A DNA stretch of 64,000 bases. Source: Octopus vulgaris (Eukaryota). The position numbers were made by a program, and so were the translations under genes. Below the pieces are notes generated by a model, which did not search any database, was not told the origin of the DNA, and saw only the letters and a list, made by a program, of their open reading frames with translations. This document shows, piece by piece, positions 12,950-27,700 of the stretch (the stretch's first letter is position 1; the number at the start of each line of letters is the position of its first letter). The stretch spans positions 64,046,001 to 64,110,000 of the forward strand of contig OX597828.1 in NCBI GenBank assembly GCA_951406725.2, given 5' to 3'.

Positions 12950-13034
12950 TGCTGCTGCAGCTTGAGGTGCACGTCCGAATTAACAGGGCAAGTGCAGCAT
13001 TGCATTTAGTGTTCATTGTTATTGTTATTATTTG

Positions 13035-13225
13035 ATGGCAGAATCGATAGAGTGTCGGACTAAAACCGCCTTGCAAGATTTGATCGGGCTCTTTCTCTGT
13101 CTTCAAATGCTTCCGAGGTCAGCCTAACCTTTTAGCTATTCAGAGTTGATAAATCGTCTTCCAGTCACATACTGTTAATGTTTTCGACTATAATTGGTTC
13201 TACATTTCCTACATTTCAAGCCTTA
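13035..13225 (+). mobile_element. SINE family B copy, degenerate
   Basis: tggcagaatcgatagagtgtcggac...ccgaggtcagc...gttgataaa. Confidence 0.55.
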
Positions 13226-13239
13226 TGTTTATGCACAAA

Positions 13240-13261
13240 ATTATTATTATTATTATTATTA

Positions 13262-13314
<53 letters not shown>

Positions 13315-13395
13315 TAGTTTTATTTTTATAGCGTGCTTTCACTTCACTACCGAGCGCAGCTCTGTGTGCCTTGGGTATCCTTATTATTATCATTA

Positions 13396-13484
<89 letters not shown>
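13240..13484. repeat. (ATT)n microsatellite cluster
   Basis: Direct reading. Confidence 0.9.
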
Positions 13485-13485
<1 letters not shown>

Positions 13486-13874
13486 GTGATAGTAGTGTTG
13501 TTAAAAATACCGATTAGGGTTAAGGTTAATAAAAGAAGTTGTAATATTTAGGTTAAGATATTTGCCCAAACCTTTCAAGCAACAGTTTTACAACCGATCT
13601 ACCAATAATCTTTCCCGCCACCATCAGGTCACGGATAACGCGTAAGGTATATCCATGTATAAATGTATACGTATTTGTGGGGATGTGTGGATGTGTGGTG
13701 TGAGTGTGTAATGTGTTTTGGTGGGAAACTGAGAGGCGAGAGGTCAAAGGTTGGTGAAAACCGGTAAAAACGAAATTTATATTTATGAACATAATCAAAC
13801 AGCAATAATTATACATAGTCGGTAGGTAAGCAACACAAAATCATACAAGTTATATATATATATATAATATATAT

Positions 13875-13931
<57 letters not shown>

Positions 13932-15360
13932 AAGAAAGAGAGAGAAAGAGAGAGAGCAAAGAGAAAGAGAAAGAAAAAAGAGCCAGACAGACAGTTGATC
14001 TCGGAATTCCTGAACAGTAATTGATTAAGGATAATATATTTTCCTAAAGCACTTTCCTAATTACTTCACCTGTACCACCTAGGTAATCAAATTTGTTTTT
14101 TTCTCCTGCTTGCCAGGTGCAAGAAATGTATGTATGCTTGCATTTATGTATGTGTGAACATAGATGTATGCTGAATAGTTTATCAATTTTGAGCTTGTAT
14201 GAGCTAAAGTTGTCTACGTGAGGTGGTCGTTTCTCCTACTAGAAATATCAGTTATAACACCGTCAAAGTACAGTTCAATGTCTTAACAAACAAGTCATTT
14301 TGGATTATAAAGGGTTAGACATGCTGTTCTTACAAAAAAAGAGAAAAGATGTGATAGCACCTCTGTTAGGGAGGGGCGCCATCGTTAGGATCCCGTACAA
14401 TACAAGAAAATACATCACAATATCATAATTAAATGATAATTGGTTAGAAAGTGCGAATATGATTTATCATATCGAAAAGTATATTTAACTTCGTTTTTTC
14501 TTGGTTAATATTTTTAAAAGATCAACAACAAAAATTGATAAATACAAACGAGATTAAAAAGCGAAAGTTGAAAATGTGAAAAATTTAAAGAGGAAATTAA
14601 AGATTAAGCTTTAAGATTAGAAATTAAGTGTTAAGATTAAAGAATTAAAATTAAAGAATAATTAAGCAAGACTTACCACTACTTTAGCCATTGTGCTTAG
14701 TATTTCTTGAGATCTTTCTCTTTGTTATTTTTAGTTTTGTTTGTGGTTTTTGTTGATTAAATTTTCTTTAATTGGGAAGAATTAGGTGTAGAACAACTTG
14801 GTATCACTGATAGAATTTGTGATGAAAGGAAACAAAGCTAATATATAATTTATATATATATATGTATGTGAGTATATATATATATATTTATATGCTACTA
14901 TAAAAGAAGTCGAAAGTTTGGAGAAGTTTGGAAGAATATGTTCCTTACGATAAACCGCAACTGCATATATAGCAGTAACCCGATAGGTGGATGAATAAAA
15001 AAGTATATACGTGTGTATGTGTAAATAACAAATGGATGGAAAAATAAGAAGTAAAAAACAAACAGTAGAAATAGTGATAGAACTAAATAAATAAAAAAAG
15101 AATGAGAGAAACGAGCCAACCAAAATGGATAGCAGAGTAACGCCTATAAAAAGCGGTCCATGTGATTTCTGTCCGTCTTAGTATAAATACTGTGCCATTT
15201 GCTCACTGCAAAAAAAGAGAAAAGACAACCATTTGCGCATTCATTCATTCAGCGCGCCGGCAACTTTAGATTGGTTCCTGACTTTTAAGCTTTCTTAAAA
15301 CAACTGGGATTTTCCTTCAGCACTTTGTACTACTTCCTTTACATAAGCACAGACATACCA

Positions 15361-15407
<47 letters not shown>

Positions 15408-15557
15408 GGAGTGTAAATGCTTACTAACATCCACGAAAAGCACGGCTTTTGTTTGACACGTGTTTATTATTCTTCGTTTTATTCTGTTTTTACTTAACAT
15501 TTTCTATTTTAATATTTTTATCCTAACGCTTTCATTTTACCCTAACATCTCCTGATA

Positions 15558-15670
15558 TTCTTCTTCTTCTTCTTCTTCTTCTTTTTCTTCTTCTTCTTCT
15601 TCTTCTTCTTCTTCTTCTTCTTCTTCTTCTTCTTCTTTTTCTTCTTCTTCTTCTTCTTCTTCTTTTCTTC
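15558..15670. repeat. (CTT)n microsatellite
   Basis: Direct reading; source of the poly-Arg pseudo-ORF. Confidence 0.95.
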
Positions 15671-16099
15671 CTTATTATCTTGGGCTCTCTATTTCTTTCT
15701 CCTTCCCTTTCCCCCCCCCACTTACTCCACCTAACCCATCTACCTTTACCTAGGTGCATTCAGATATTTTCATTCCAATACACAAGTGCTCTCTTTCTCT
15801 CTCTTGTATGCCAGATAATTGCAAGCAGAGAACAATTTCACTTATTGTACAAACTCAAGATAAAAATACCAAAATATGTGACGACTTGGATGTGCATGTA
15901 CACACATACACATATATATATATATATACATACATATCTATATATACATATAGGTATATATATAATATATACCTATATGTATGGTATGCTTATGTTTGCA
16001 TGTCAAAATGCATACTTTTATGTATCTATATCAGAGTATATGTAAATATGTGCGTATAGAAATACGTACATGTTTATTTGTGGTTGCCTTTATATATGC

Positions 16100-16156
<57 letters not shown>

Positions 16157-16316
16157 CATATATGTATATATAGACACATGTAAATTTGTGTATATGTACA
16201 TAATTATGAATTTATGTATGTATCTGTCAGTCTGGGTTGTCTTCTGTGCTGCTATTTTCGGTTTTGAAATATTGCTGGAATATTATGGTTTTATTGCAGA
16301 AAGAGGAAGAGAAGAC

Positions 16317-16365
<49 letters not shown>

Positions 16366-16484
16366 GGTGGTATGGGGGATGAGAAGGACTCTCCGAATGA
16401 AGACTTCTTTTTGTTAGGTGTACTTTATCAGATAAAATGTATTTCTTCTTTGAAGCATTCTTAGTTGATGTATGCAACCATTAG

Positions 16485-16842
16485 CACCACTACACACCAC
16501 AACATAACACGCCGCCAACCGCTACCACCACCACTATCACCACCGACACACGCACCACTACACATACCTACATCACTTTCTTCATCTCCATCGTTCTCGC
16601 TTCGCATTACTGCCTTCACCACCACCACCACCACCACTACCACCACCACCACCACCACCACTACCACCGCCACCACCACCACCACCACCACCGCCACCAC
16701 CACCATTGCCCTCCTCATCTCCATCGTCAACACCATTAACATCATCGTCAGCATCATCATCCTCATGATGGTGATGATCATTATTATCATTTTCGTAATC
16801 ATTTTCGATCGTCATCATTATCATCATCGTCATCATCATCAT
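16485..16842. repeat. (CAC)n/(CAT)n low-complexity tract
   Basis: Direct reading. Confidence 0.9.
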
Positions 16843-17191
16843 TGCCTACCCTAGCAGTATAATATTTGTGAAATCCCAAAGGTGTTAAGATGCTGGAACA
16901 ATTAGTGATGTCTTGCAGTGTGTTACTATATAGCGGCGGCGGCGGTGGCAGTAGTGGTGGTGATGACGATGATGATGATGATAGCAGCGGTGATGCTGGT
17001 TATTGTGGTTGTGGTGCTGGGGGAGGGTGGGTGTTAACAAGATTAATTAGCGAGTGTCGGACCAAAAATACTTTTCTTTCATGTGTTTAGTTTTATTCCT
17101 TTACGTTGTGAGTTCAAATCACGTCGCTACCAATTGTTGATTTCTTTTAAATTGTTGTAACGTCGTTAACATGTATGTGTGTATGAATATA

Positions 17192-17710
17192 CTAGCAGCA
17201 TAGCCCGGCATTGCCCGGGTATGTAAGAGCCCCTGGAGCAGACATGATGCTCGCTGTGAATTTTAAAAAAATTCCTGCCAATTTGTGAAAGATATTGTCG
17301 AAAATATGTCATCTTGAATTTGAATGCGATTTCCCAAAATGGCATGAATTTATCGATTTTTTCTGATAGTAAGGTATTGCATGGAAAACTAACGACAGAA
17401 TTAAATTTCTTAGGGTAGCATTAAGCTTCACCATGAATTTGGTGAAAATCGATTGCAAGTTGCGAAAACTACAACAGAAAATGTGTTGCAAATAAAAAGC
17501 TTAGATTCTCGACCCCATGTCGAATTTATCAATTATTTTCAGAACTGGGGGAACTTTTCAAAATTTTCGCTGCGTTAGTTTTGAATTATGACATTGGGCT
17601 ATGTGTGTGTCAAGTTTCATCAGAATCGGTTGAAAGCCGTGGTCAGGGTGAGGGTACAACCTGACAGACACACAGACACACATACAGACAAACTGCCGTT
17701 TATATATAGA
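17192..17710 (-). mobile_element. Complete non-autonomous Helitron (~520 bp)
   Basis: Minus strand starts TCTATATATAAACGGCAGTTTGTCTG and ends CCCGGGCAATGCCGGG hairpin + CTATGCTG-CTAG|T. Confidence 0.8.
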
Positions 17711-17719
17711 GAGAGATAT

Positions 17720-18360
17720 ACCGGAGTAAGCACATAAATGTGAAACAAGAAAAAACAAGAAAAAAGAGTACTCAAATACCAGAGGTAGAGTAATATGCTT
17801 TATTTAAAAGCAGCAGAAATATAACAAGCGGGTGAGGTGATGTCAGATACATTGACTAAGAGCTCTCTGTGAGCAGTTGAGCAGTAGTTGGCTGTGAAGT
17901 GAGGTCTGAGTTCCGTTTTGATGCTTTGAACTTGGTCCTTGTATTGGGGAGACAGGAGTTCTATACGTTTTAACCAGCCCTCGATCATAAAGACAAAAGA
18001 GGTCTGACTGATGCTTTGTAAAGAGTTTAGCTTTGAAGAATATTGACTTTCAATATGTCCTTGATCGGCCAGGAAGAGCTGTGGCATCTAATGTTTGAGA
18101 CAGGGACCATATTTTGGAGATAGCCTGTTGTAAATAAACTTAAAGCGTGAGAGGGAAACATCATATTCAGTTGCAAATTTAGAGACTTCAATTCTACATA
18201 GCGTGTTCGAACCACGTCGGGATTGGTTTTGATGTTCCTCAATCTAGAGTCAGTGAAATTAGTACCAGTAATACAATGAAGTTTACTCAATTGACTATGC
18301 TGCGTGTTTCCGAGTATCCATGTAGTTACTTTATCTGCTAAAGACGGTAGGCACAACACA
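17720..18360 (-). mobile_element. Retroelement fragment, possibly Penelope-like N-terminal region plus terminal repeat
   Basis: Two overlapping non-repetitive minus ORFs (18027-18359, 17800-18087) suggest a frameshifted coding remnant; no diagnostic motif seen. Confidence 0.3.
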
Positions 18361-20048
18361 TACTTAGCCTCATACTGGGTAACTATGAGGGTAATACAAG
18401 AGTGGCAGCATAGAATTGTGAATAATAAAAGGTAAATCTATCCCAGAACGTGAAATATAATGACATCTAAATAATAGTCGATATGTTTTATTTCACAGAT
18501 GAAATAATTTACAAAGCGCAAAGCGGGGAGATGTTCATATGTTTTTCAAGAGTATAACTGATGTATGTGAAAAGGAATGACTCCAGCCAGGAATTGAAAC
18601 CGCGTCCCGAACGCAGCTCATCTGGGAGGATCATCACAAGGTCTTCTAATCAGTAAAAAGCGTACCTAATTGTCAATGACCCTACTAGAAATAGCAACAG
18701 AATTTCCTTCAGATTCACAGTTCTTAGAATCGACAATGAACCAACTAAAGTGTATGATGGAGGTGATGGGAGCAGCAACGTTTTGCTGATTGTGGGGAAT
18801 TGACATCAGATCCAGATAACGGAATCTGCTGGCGACAACCTAGTGAAGACACGTGGCTTCGTGTTTAGAGATTTTGGGTTCGGCATCATAATGTTACGGG
18901 TTCAATTCAGAGAAGAAGCGACACGTTATTTCTTTGAGCAAGCCTCTTCAGTCTACTCAGCAATACTGAGTAATAGTCGGGTGCCAGAACGGCCCTTTCT
19001 ATCTTCAATTACGGCATCCTGCTTATTCCACTGAGCCAACAGTGAGGGAGACGAGGGGGCAGCTGTATAGGCTCGTGACTCTATAGGCACCTGAAACAAT
19101 TTGAGAAAGTATGGTACATGGTACCAAGTCGTACTCGCTCGCGCGAGTAGTGAAACGCAAACAAACTGTATCAACGACTACAATGTTCTTTCAGGAGTCT
19201 TAGATTGCAATACCAGGAGTGAAAAATACTGAGGCCATGGAGTTTCCTGATCAAATCCAGGTGGCACCTTCTAACCCATATCAGTTGAAGACCTGCTCCG
19301 TATTTCTTTATATTCAAATCTAGTCATTTTATATTTATTTACTTTATGAAGGGAGTGGGAAGAGGTAGAATCAAGGCAAATAAAATATATTAATTTAAAT
19401 ACGAGTTGGGGGTCAATATGATTCACTGTCCCGTTTCCTTAAAAATGTTTAATGACTACTAGAACCTTCCATGAAACCCAATTTCGACTTACGTTCGGGC
19501 CCCATTCCTACTCCTGAAACCCTAGAGGACGCTATAATCTCAAAATCCGAATCACGGACATTGCCAACAATAGTTAACATTTTGATTAGCTTTCGTGTTA
19601 CTAAACCAGAAAAATGTAACAGTTTTCGGTTTACATCAACCCTTGTAGTAATTGCTATTTAATTCTGGATCAGATCTAGTCGAGCGAGCCTACAATCGAA
19701 GACATGACAGTCTTGGCCGCTTTGACTTTTTAGGATCGTCTCGGTCAAGATCTTATAATTATTAAGACTAGGAGCAGATCAATCGAGTCCAGCGCCCCTC
19801 CTTCATTGAAGCCTTCGTGATATTCCTTCCAGGTGAGCTCAGTCACGAATAGGATTTCAACAGGATTTCACAAATCTAAGGAATAATGAACGCCACAGCG
19901 TCACCAACTCTCTCCATTGGCTCTTTAAATTATCTCATGTAGTAAAAATATAAACAGTAAAACAAAAATACCAGTTATTTATTAGGGCTGATAAGACATT
20001 ATAGTATTTCATATTCTCAGGTAGACTTACTAGATATACATACATACA

Positions 20049-20082
<34 letters not shown>

Positions 20083-20119
20083 CATAAGTATAGCTATATC
20101 TGCTTAAATATATGCGTGC

Positions 20120-20185
<66 letters not shown>

Positions 20186-20397
20186 ATATATAATATACAG
20201 TGTATACCTATGTGTGTGCGTAACTGATATACCTGCATAGTTACCTTGAAGTGAGTGTTACAACGACAGCAAAAACGTCAGGAATGAAAGATCCGACTTA
20301 GTGTAAACGATATAAGCCCTAAAACAACATAAGTGCATCTGTGTGTGTATGTATGTATGTATGTATATATGTAGGTATGTATATATGTATGTATGTA

Positions 20398-20435
<38 letters not shown>

Positions 20436-20462
20436 TAGGTAGGTAGGTGGATAGACAGGTAG

Positions 20463-20493
<31 letters not shown>

Positions 20494-21189
20494 TGTATGT
20501 ATGTATGTATGTATGTATGTGTGTGTGTATATGTATATTATTGTATTTCGGAACGGTCATTTTTTTTACCATATGAACGCATGCACTATATATTCGTTCT
20601 TCACTGGTTTATTACTGTTCTTATTCTAACTCGTGTCCATTGTCCGGAAATCTTTCGTCACACATCCGTGACCTCTTGCGTAACACTTTCCGTCTTCGTG
20701 TGTGGCTCTTGCTTTGTTTGTTCCATTATATATATATGTATACACGTATGCATATGTGTGTATGTGTGTGTATAGCTGAAGAATGGCCAGATAGTCAAGA
20801 AGTTCGTTTCGTAATCACTCTTAGTATTTTGGTTAACTGACATTGTCAGAGAAGGAGAAAACTGAGGAAAACTTGGGTTTCTCCAAACCCAATGAAATTA
20901 GGTGGATGGAAACTGCACGGAAGCCTTTTAAAATCAAGAACACAGCATTGTCACAGACCACGTCACGCTGATTTTACCTGAGAATTACGTTAAGTTTACA
21001 CGTGTTTCTGGTATACTCAGCCATTTACTCGCTAATTCACAAAACGTGGATGAGCAAACAAACATCTGGATTCTGATCAAGATCCATTTATACACACATA
21101 CACACGCATACACGCGCGCGTGCGCATACACACACACACACACAAACATACGTACACATGAATGTATGCATGTATGTAATGATTGGGAG

Positions 21190-21655
21190 AGAAAGTTGCG
21201 TTGTCTTCCCTGAAGAAACGGTCATTAGGGAATTCCTTCCCCACTTCATGTCTCACATCGTTTGTTTTAGAAACAATGTATCTATATTCGCATTTCACCC
21301 ATTGTATGGATTTGCAACATTCAAATGTCTTTAATTATCTTGGTTGACCCTTCGTTGTGCAATATACACAGGCTCCCCCCCCCCCCCCCTTCAAATTCGT
21401 CATTCTCAATTTCAAATTTGTTATCAACTTCAGTTTTGACATTTTCAATCTCAATTGTCCGATTGTTTCTCTTGATTTCCTCATCGTCAACGCAATCGTT
21501 CTCATTGCAGGATGGTCCTGATTTTCTTTTAATGATTCTTTATGGGCGTCAGTGATTACTTGTAAAATTTAAAAAAAAATTTTAACATTATAAAGTTTTT
21601 TAAAGGATTACAAGTTTTATCCAATAAAAATTGTCGCACCTTTCATTACCGTGAA
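21190..21655 (-). mobile_element. Highly decayed Tc1/mariner-like fragment
   Basis: Minus translation PNDRFFREDNAT resembles the F-x-Q-D-N-A second-Asp motif; possible terminus near 21625-21655. Confidence 0.35.
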
Positions 21656-23044
21656 TATACATATATGCCGTATCTTACCTGTACGCAAAAGGTACTTGCA
21701 ATACTATGCTGTACTGTGCTCCTGCTTGCATTTTAACTTCCACCTTCCTGAGTAAAGATGCCCCAAAGCCAAGACGCTTAGGATGTCTTAAGCACATCGG
21801 TCTGAAACACTAGTTGAACGCTGGGTTAGTTATAACTTCTTAAGTTCTTGTTCATTCCTTCCTCACGAGACCCTTTTGGAACTCTTCTCAGCTGTTTTTG
21901 CTATTGCACTAAGAAATCTAGTCACGTTTTCCCCAGTAATATATAAACATATTACAGTCGTATACAAATTAAGCAAATGAAAATAAAGGAAGAAAGTTTT
22001 AGAGGTGACTTGCGAGGTTCTTTGGGATTTAGAGTGAAGATTTTAAAATACGATAAAGAAAGAGAAGAATCGTTTAAAACTTAAGTATGTGAGTTTCAAC
22101 AAACTTGGTTCTTATCGTTGATTTTAAAAAAAACCCAAAGGAATCGAATAATGAGACATTTTCTTGCTTGCCATTACTAATTTTTTTAATTTCCCTCTTG
22201 CAGTCGGATCTTTCGCCACTTTCGATCTTTTCAACTTTTTATCGTTGAATTATTTCCATTCCAGATTTTGGCTAAACCACATCCATATTTTGCTGTCTAG
22301 GTGTATAAATAGTAAATTTATATACTTTAAAATTTATATATTTTTAAAACAAATCCCTTTACCCTCACTATCATATTTAATTCTATATCTCTCTTCAATT
22401 TGTTTTTCCCTCTATTTCTCCCCAATTGTTCCTTTACATTTATTATTAAATATGGACATTCATTCCCGTGTTTCTAAGCAACCTTTACATTATATTTTCC
22501 AATATATTCCTTCTAGCCAAAACCTCTTCCCTACAATTCGCTTCCTCAGTTTTCTCCTTCTCCGCTCTGAGCGATACATCAGATCCAGTTCTCTCTGCGG
22601 TTCTCACTTTTTGGTTTTCATTATTCGTATTATGTTGTGTACAAGGGTTATGCTGTCGTCCAGCGAAAACCTTTCTATCCTATGGCAGAAACAAAAACAG
22701 CTCTAAATATTGAAATATCTTTATTGTTCCTCTTCTAAACATCAATCTCGTTTCATTCGCCACACACGTTCAAAGATCGACAAAGGGAAGCTCGGAGTGT
22801 AGATAGGTAAACGAGTCGGATTCCAAAATATCATCTGCTCCAATAGCATATATGTGCGTATGTGTGTGTATGTGCGTTTGTGCATACAAGTGTGTGTATG
22901 TATATATATATATATATATATAATACATGTATATATATATGTGCGTGTGTGTTGCGTACGTGTCAGTATGTATGGATGCGTATGTTGGTGCTTCTACACA
23001 TAAAGGAGTAAGAATATATATACACACGCATATATATTATATTT

Positions 23045-23272
<228 letters not shown>

Positions 23273-23510
23273 AAAGTTATAGGTATACTTTCATATACTC
23301 ATACATGAAAGTCCATAGAGGTATATATAGTTATTCGTGTGTGTGTGTGTGTGTGTGTGTGTAATTATGTTAGAGTACATCTGAATGTGTGTGCATAGAT
23401 ATAGAGATATAAAATAACATATTTAGTTGTCAAAACAGGAATAATACAAATACAAACAGGTGCTGGAAAGATTGGTTTATATACACACATTACATACATA
23501 CATACATATA

Positions 23511-23612
<102 letters not shown>

Positions 23613-23887
23613 GTATGTATGTATATATATATATATATATATATTGTGTGTGTATGTGTGTTTGTGTGTGTGTGAAATATGTATGTATTCATGCAAATTA
23701 TAGAATTACTGCAAATATATTTTCTGCCTTACATTTATGTGTATGCTTATATACACCTCTCACGTGCATCTTTTTAACACACACACAAACACAGTCACAC
23801 ACATGCACACACGTATATATTTACATATAAACATATATTTGTACGAATATATATGAATAGATACAAATATATATAGATATATATTTT

Positions 23888-23930
<43 letters not shown>

Positions 23931-24277
23931 ATATGTATATATACACACGCACACACGTGTATGTATGTATGTATGCATGCATGTATGTATGTATGTATGT
24001 ATGTATGTATGTATGTATGTATGTATGTATGTATGTAGACGTATATAGGAAATGTTGGCTGGTGTAAAAACAATAACGCATCGCCATGTTAGCGACATTC
24101 CGTTCAGTCTAAATATCTGACTTTCGGGTAGATGTGTGGGTAGGAAAGGTCAACAATACACGGAAGTTAGATAAATATTAAGGTCATTGCGTGGTGGGTG
24201 GTAAGACTGGTGCCAATGTAGAACGCTGGAGAGTGGCTGGAAGTGGGGAGAACGAATAACAACAGCAAAAACAATAA

Positions 24278-24492
24278 TCTTTTCTGCTATAGGCACAAGG
24301 CCGGAAATTTGGTTGAGGGGAATAGTCGATTACTTCAACCCCAGTGTATAACTGGTACTTATTTTATCCACACCGAAAGGATGAGGGATAAAGTCGACCT
24401 GGCCGGAATTTGAAGTCAGAACGTAAGAACGGATGAAATGCCGTTAAGCATTTGGCCCGGAGTGTTAACGATTCTACCAGCTTTGCCGCCTT
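24278..24492 (-). mobile_element. Full-length SINE family B copy
   Basis: ctggtacttattttatcc...aaaggatgagggataaagtcgacct...aatttgaagtcagaacg...gccgcc. Confidence 0.8.
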
Positions 24493-24879
24493 AGAAACAC
24501 CAATAATAATAAAAACAATAATGCTTTCAAATTATGTCACATGGCCAGCAATGTCGGGTGAGAGGTAATTGGTCGGCCCATTTCTAAGAATATTCTTTAT
24601 AATGTTGGTAGCTTTTTGAAGGAAGATTTTGGTCTCAAGTGAAAAAAACCCTTCCGTTTCTGCGCTTCTCAAACGCTTTTTCTTCTTACAATTCGTCTTT
24701 GTTCAATTTTATCATGTGGTGGCCATGGACGGGTTTTTCTTTGTTATCGCCTTAGCTTTACTCACTACTCTTACGTTACACCTTAATTACTTTAATAATT
24801 CCTCTGGTTTCTCGTTTCCCTTGGCAACTCAGTTTCTGTTATTATATTCGTTGTCATAGTGACAACAGAAACCTGCTTT

Positions 24880-25330
24880 TGTTGTTTTCTTTTGTTTGTT
24901 GGGCCTGGAATGAGAAAGAGGCAGTGCCGCAAGGCCCTTGTGGCTGTCCTAGACAGATGAGACTGAAGCCATTAATGTGTCACTTGAGCCTTTGTAAGTC
25001 AGCAGATACGGGGCAAGTTATGATGTGGAGGCAATGGAATTCCAAAAGGTGTGATCTGGGAAGGAAGGATCGGTGCGGTGTTTTCTGCAGGGCTTATGTA
25101 AGGGGTTGACTCAAAATGTTGATGGAATGAGGGGAGACAACTGGGACAGGAATTCCTGAGCGGGAGGTTATAGCACGATGAACCCACCCAACTTCAAGTA
25201 GCAGAGGGTATTATAGTAAGGATAGGAGAAGCAGTGTAAAGGGGAATGGGCCAAAAATGTGATCTTCGTCTGGGAGGGATTTAATGTCTATCAAGTAGAT
25301 GGCCCTTTTCCCGATGCGGTCAAGAATGCT
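24880..25330 (-). mobile_element. 3' fragment of a CR1/Jockey-group LINE, decayed
   Basis: Minus frames give YPYYNTLC and (L)WNSIA-like C-terminal motifs typical of these LINEs. Confidence 0.45.
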
Positions 25331-26535
25331 TTTATGAGAATGCCTCTATGTGCAGCAGCAGTAGCAGCAGCAGTAGCAGCACCGTCCCGCATCTGTTCAC
25401 CTTTTACATTCATTGCCTTAGTTTCTTTTCTGTTCTGTTACCTGCCGGTCGAGGTCAACTTTACCTTGTTTTACGGATCCTGGGATTCTTTCCACAAAAT
25501 AAGATGTTGCAACGCCAGTGACTTTTCAATCTTTGTTTTCCTACATCAGTAACGATGGATTTTCTCTTACGATGTGGTTAGCAGTGACAGATTGAGAGCA
25601 ACGTGACAGAGTTCACATCTAGCATCCTCCCTGCCGCTGCTCAATGTTTTTAGGCTGCTACTGATATATCTCTGTATTTCAACACAGTACGCTCATAAAA
25701 GATATATCACAAAGCTTTTTGCATTAAATATGATCCACAGATGACCTTTGTTCCGTATTACTTTATTTTTAGCAACCATATTTAAAATATTAATGTAAGA
25801 TGTCTAAAATAGTTGTAGTTTTCCCTTTTTCTATACGTTGCCCTTTCTCTGCGTCTAATTCGTTAACTGAAGTCAATATTTACCGGACCTGGTGCTCTTA
25901 ACTCTGTTTATTTAATAAATGTATTTCCAAACCAAATGTGATTATAAATTCCTTGCTAAATCTCTCTATTGCCTCTCTGTTTATCTTCTGTTGTTTCTTA
26001 TCTCCAGCCTACAACTTGAGATAACCTCCATAAAGAGGATGATTAATTATGATTCCACCACATTGCCTGTATTCAATTGGTTGAATAACTTACTAAGAAC
26101 ACCGGGAAAAAGATCCTCACTCCATGCTTCAGTATTCTGAGTTCAAATCCCACCCTAGCATATTTTTTTTATCTTTCAAGGCTCAATAGAGTCTTAGTGA
26201 AATACTCGGAGCAATTAAATCTGTAAACCTCCCTCAAGTTCTACATTACGTGTCTGTCTTTGTGGTCTACTCAAATATGGCTGTCAGTCCCTGGTAAGAA
26301 CTAAGAGGAGGTACTCATTTTTGGAGTACTCTGCTATATCAAGGTTTCATATATGAAGTACTTGAAGGTTGACTGACCCCATATCGAGGATCTAGTCTTG
26401 TTTTATTGCCATTCTCTAATGTTAGTGTTGGTTAATGTTATCTGTTTATCAATCTATGCTCATTCATGTTATTTCATACCACCATTTTCTTCTGTTTATT
26501 CGCCGTTCTTTGCCATATTGCATCAACTTACACTT

Positions 26536-26600
<65 letters not shown>

Positions 26601-26989
26601 TCTTTCTCTCAATACAGATTGTTCTCTCACATATTTCTCCTCCCTCTCAATACGCACACTCGTCTCTTACTCTCTCTCTCTCCTTCATACAACCGCCGCA
26701 CACTCTCCCCACACACACATACACATGTCCATACACACACATATGCATCTCTCCTTCACTGTAAAACACATACTTCTTTATTTTACGCTTTAGAACACAT
26801 TCGTCTCTTTCACTCTCTCTCGCCCTCTCTCTCTCTCTCACACACACATACACACACGTTCATATACACTCGTTTCCTATATTTCACAGATTTAGACACG
26901 GTTCTCTATCTTTGTCCCTGTCTGTCTCTCTTTCTCTCTTTCTCTACAGTGATAGCCTTATCTCTCTTTCAAACCTCATACTAACGTTC

Positions 26990-27024
<35 letters not shown>

Positions 27025-27513
27025 TGTCTCTCTCATTCCCATAAATCTCTCTTTCTCTCTCCCCTCGCTCTCTCTCTCTCTCTTTCTCTTCCTCCCACCA
27101 ATCTCTGCTTCCTGTTGCATCCTATTGTTTTCAGACAAACTACGACAGATACAATCGTACCTCCAGAATACGGTGTGCGTGCGAGTGATGGTGGAGGTGG
27201 TGGTGCTGAAGGGTAGCGGTGGTGGTGGTGGCGGGGATGGAGGAGTATTAACTGTGTTAAATGGTGATGATGTTTGAGTAGTGTTGTGGTCGTCGTAGAG
27301 GCGATGGCATAACAGGGTTGTTGTTGGTGGTGGTGTCGACGTTGGTAGTGGTGGTGAAAGTCGTTAACAAAACAAACCCTATCTCCAGTTGCAAGGGTTA
27401 GCAAGAGAAATATGGCGAAACTGAATGCTACGCCTTCTTGACGTAACTTAACGGGAAAATGAGGCTGGAATTTCAGCATTCTACTAATTGATGAGCAACA
27501 ACTGCACACTCAG

Positions 27514-27563
<50 letters not shown>

Positions 27564-27656
27564 AGGCTCATAGAGCTACACTCAACTATGCTTGCTCATG
27601 AACATATGAATATTCACAGATTGTGTGCGTGTTTATACATATGTATATATGTATGC

Positions 27657-27700
<44 letters not shown>

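Noticed and set aside
13514-13527. Telomeric TTAGGG-like sequence
   Set aside because: Only one exact unit.
18484-18570. Possible internal exon after a tttcacAG acceptor (also tttttcAG at ~38710)
   Set aside because: No recognisable peptide, early stops and no convincing donor; cannot be supported without RNA-seq.
22164-22706. 180-aa hydrophobic ORF
   Set aside because: T-rich composition explains both the open frame and the hydrophobicity; no motif recognised.
27415-27429. Exact 15-mer GCGAAACTGAATGCT shared with the reverse complement of 40455-40469
   Set aside because: One 15-bp match in a window this size is compatible with chance; the flanks do not align.
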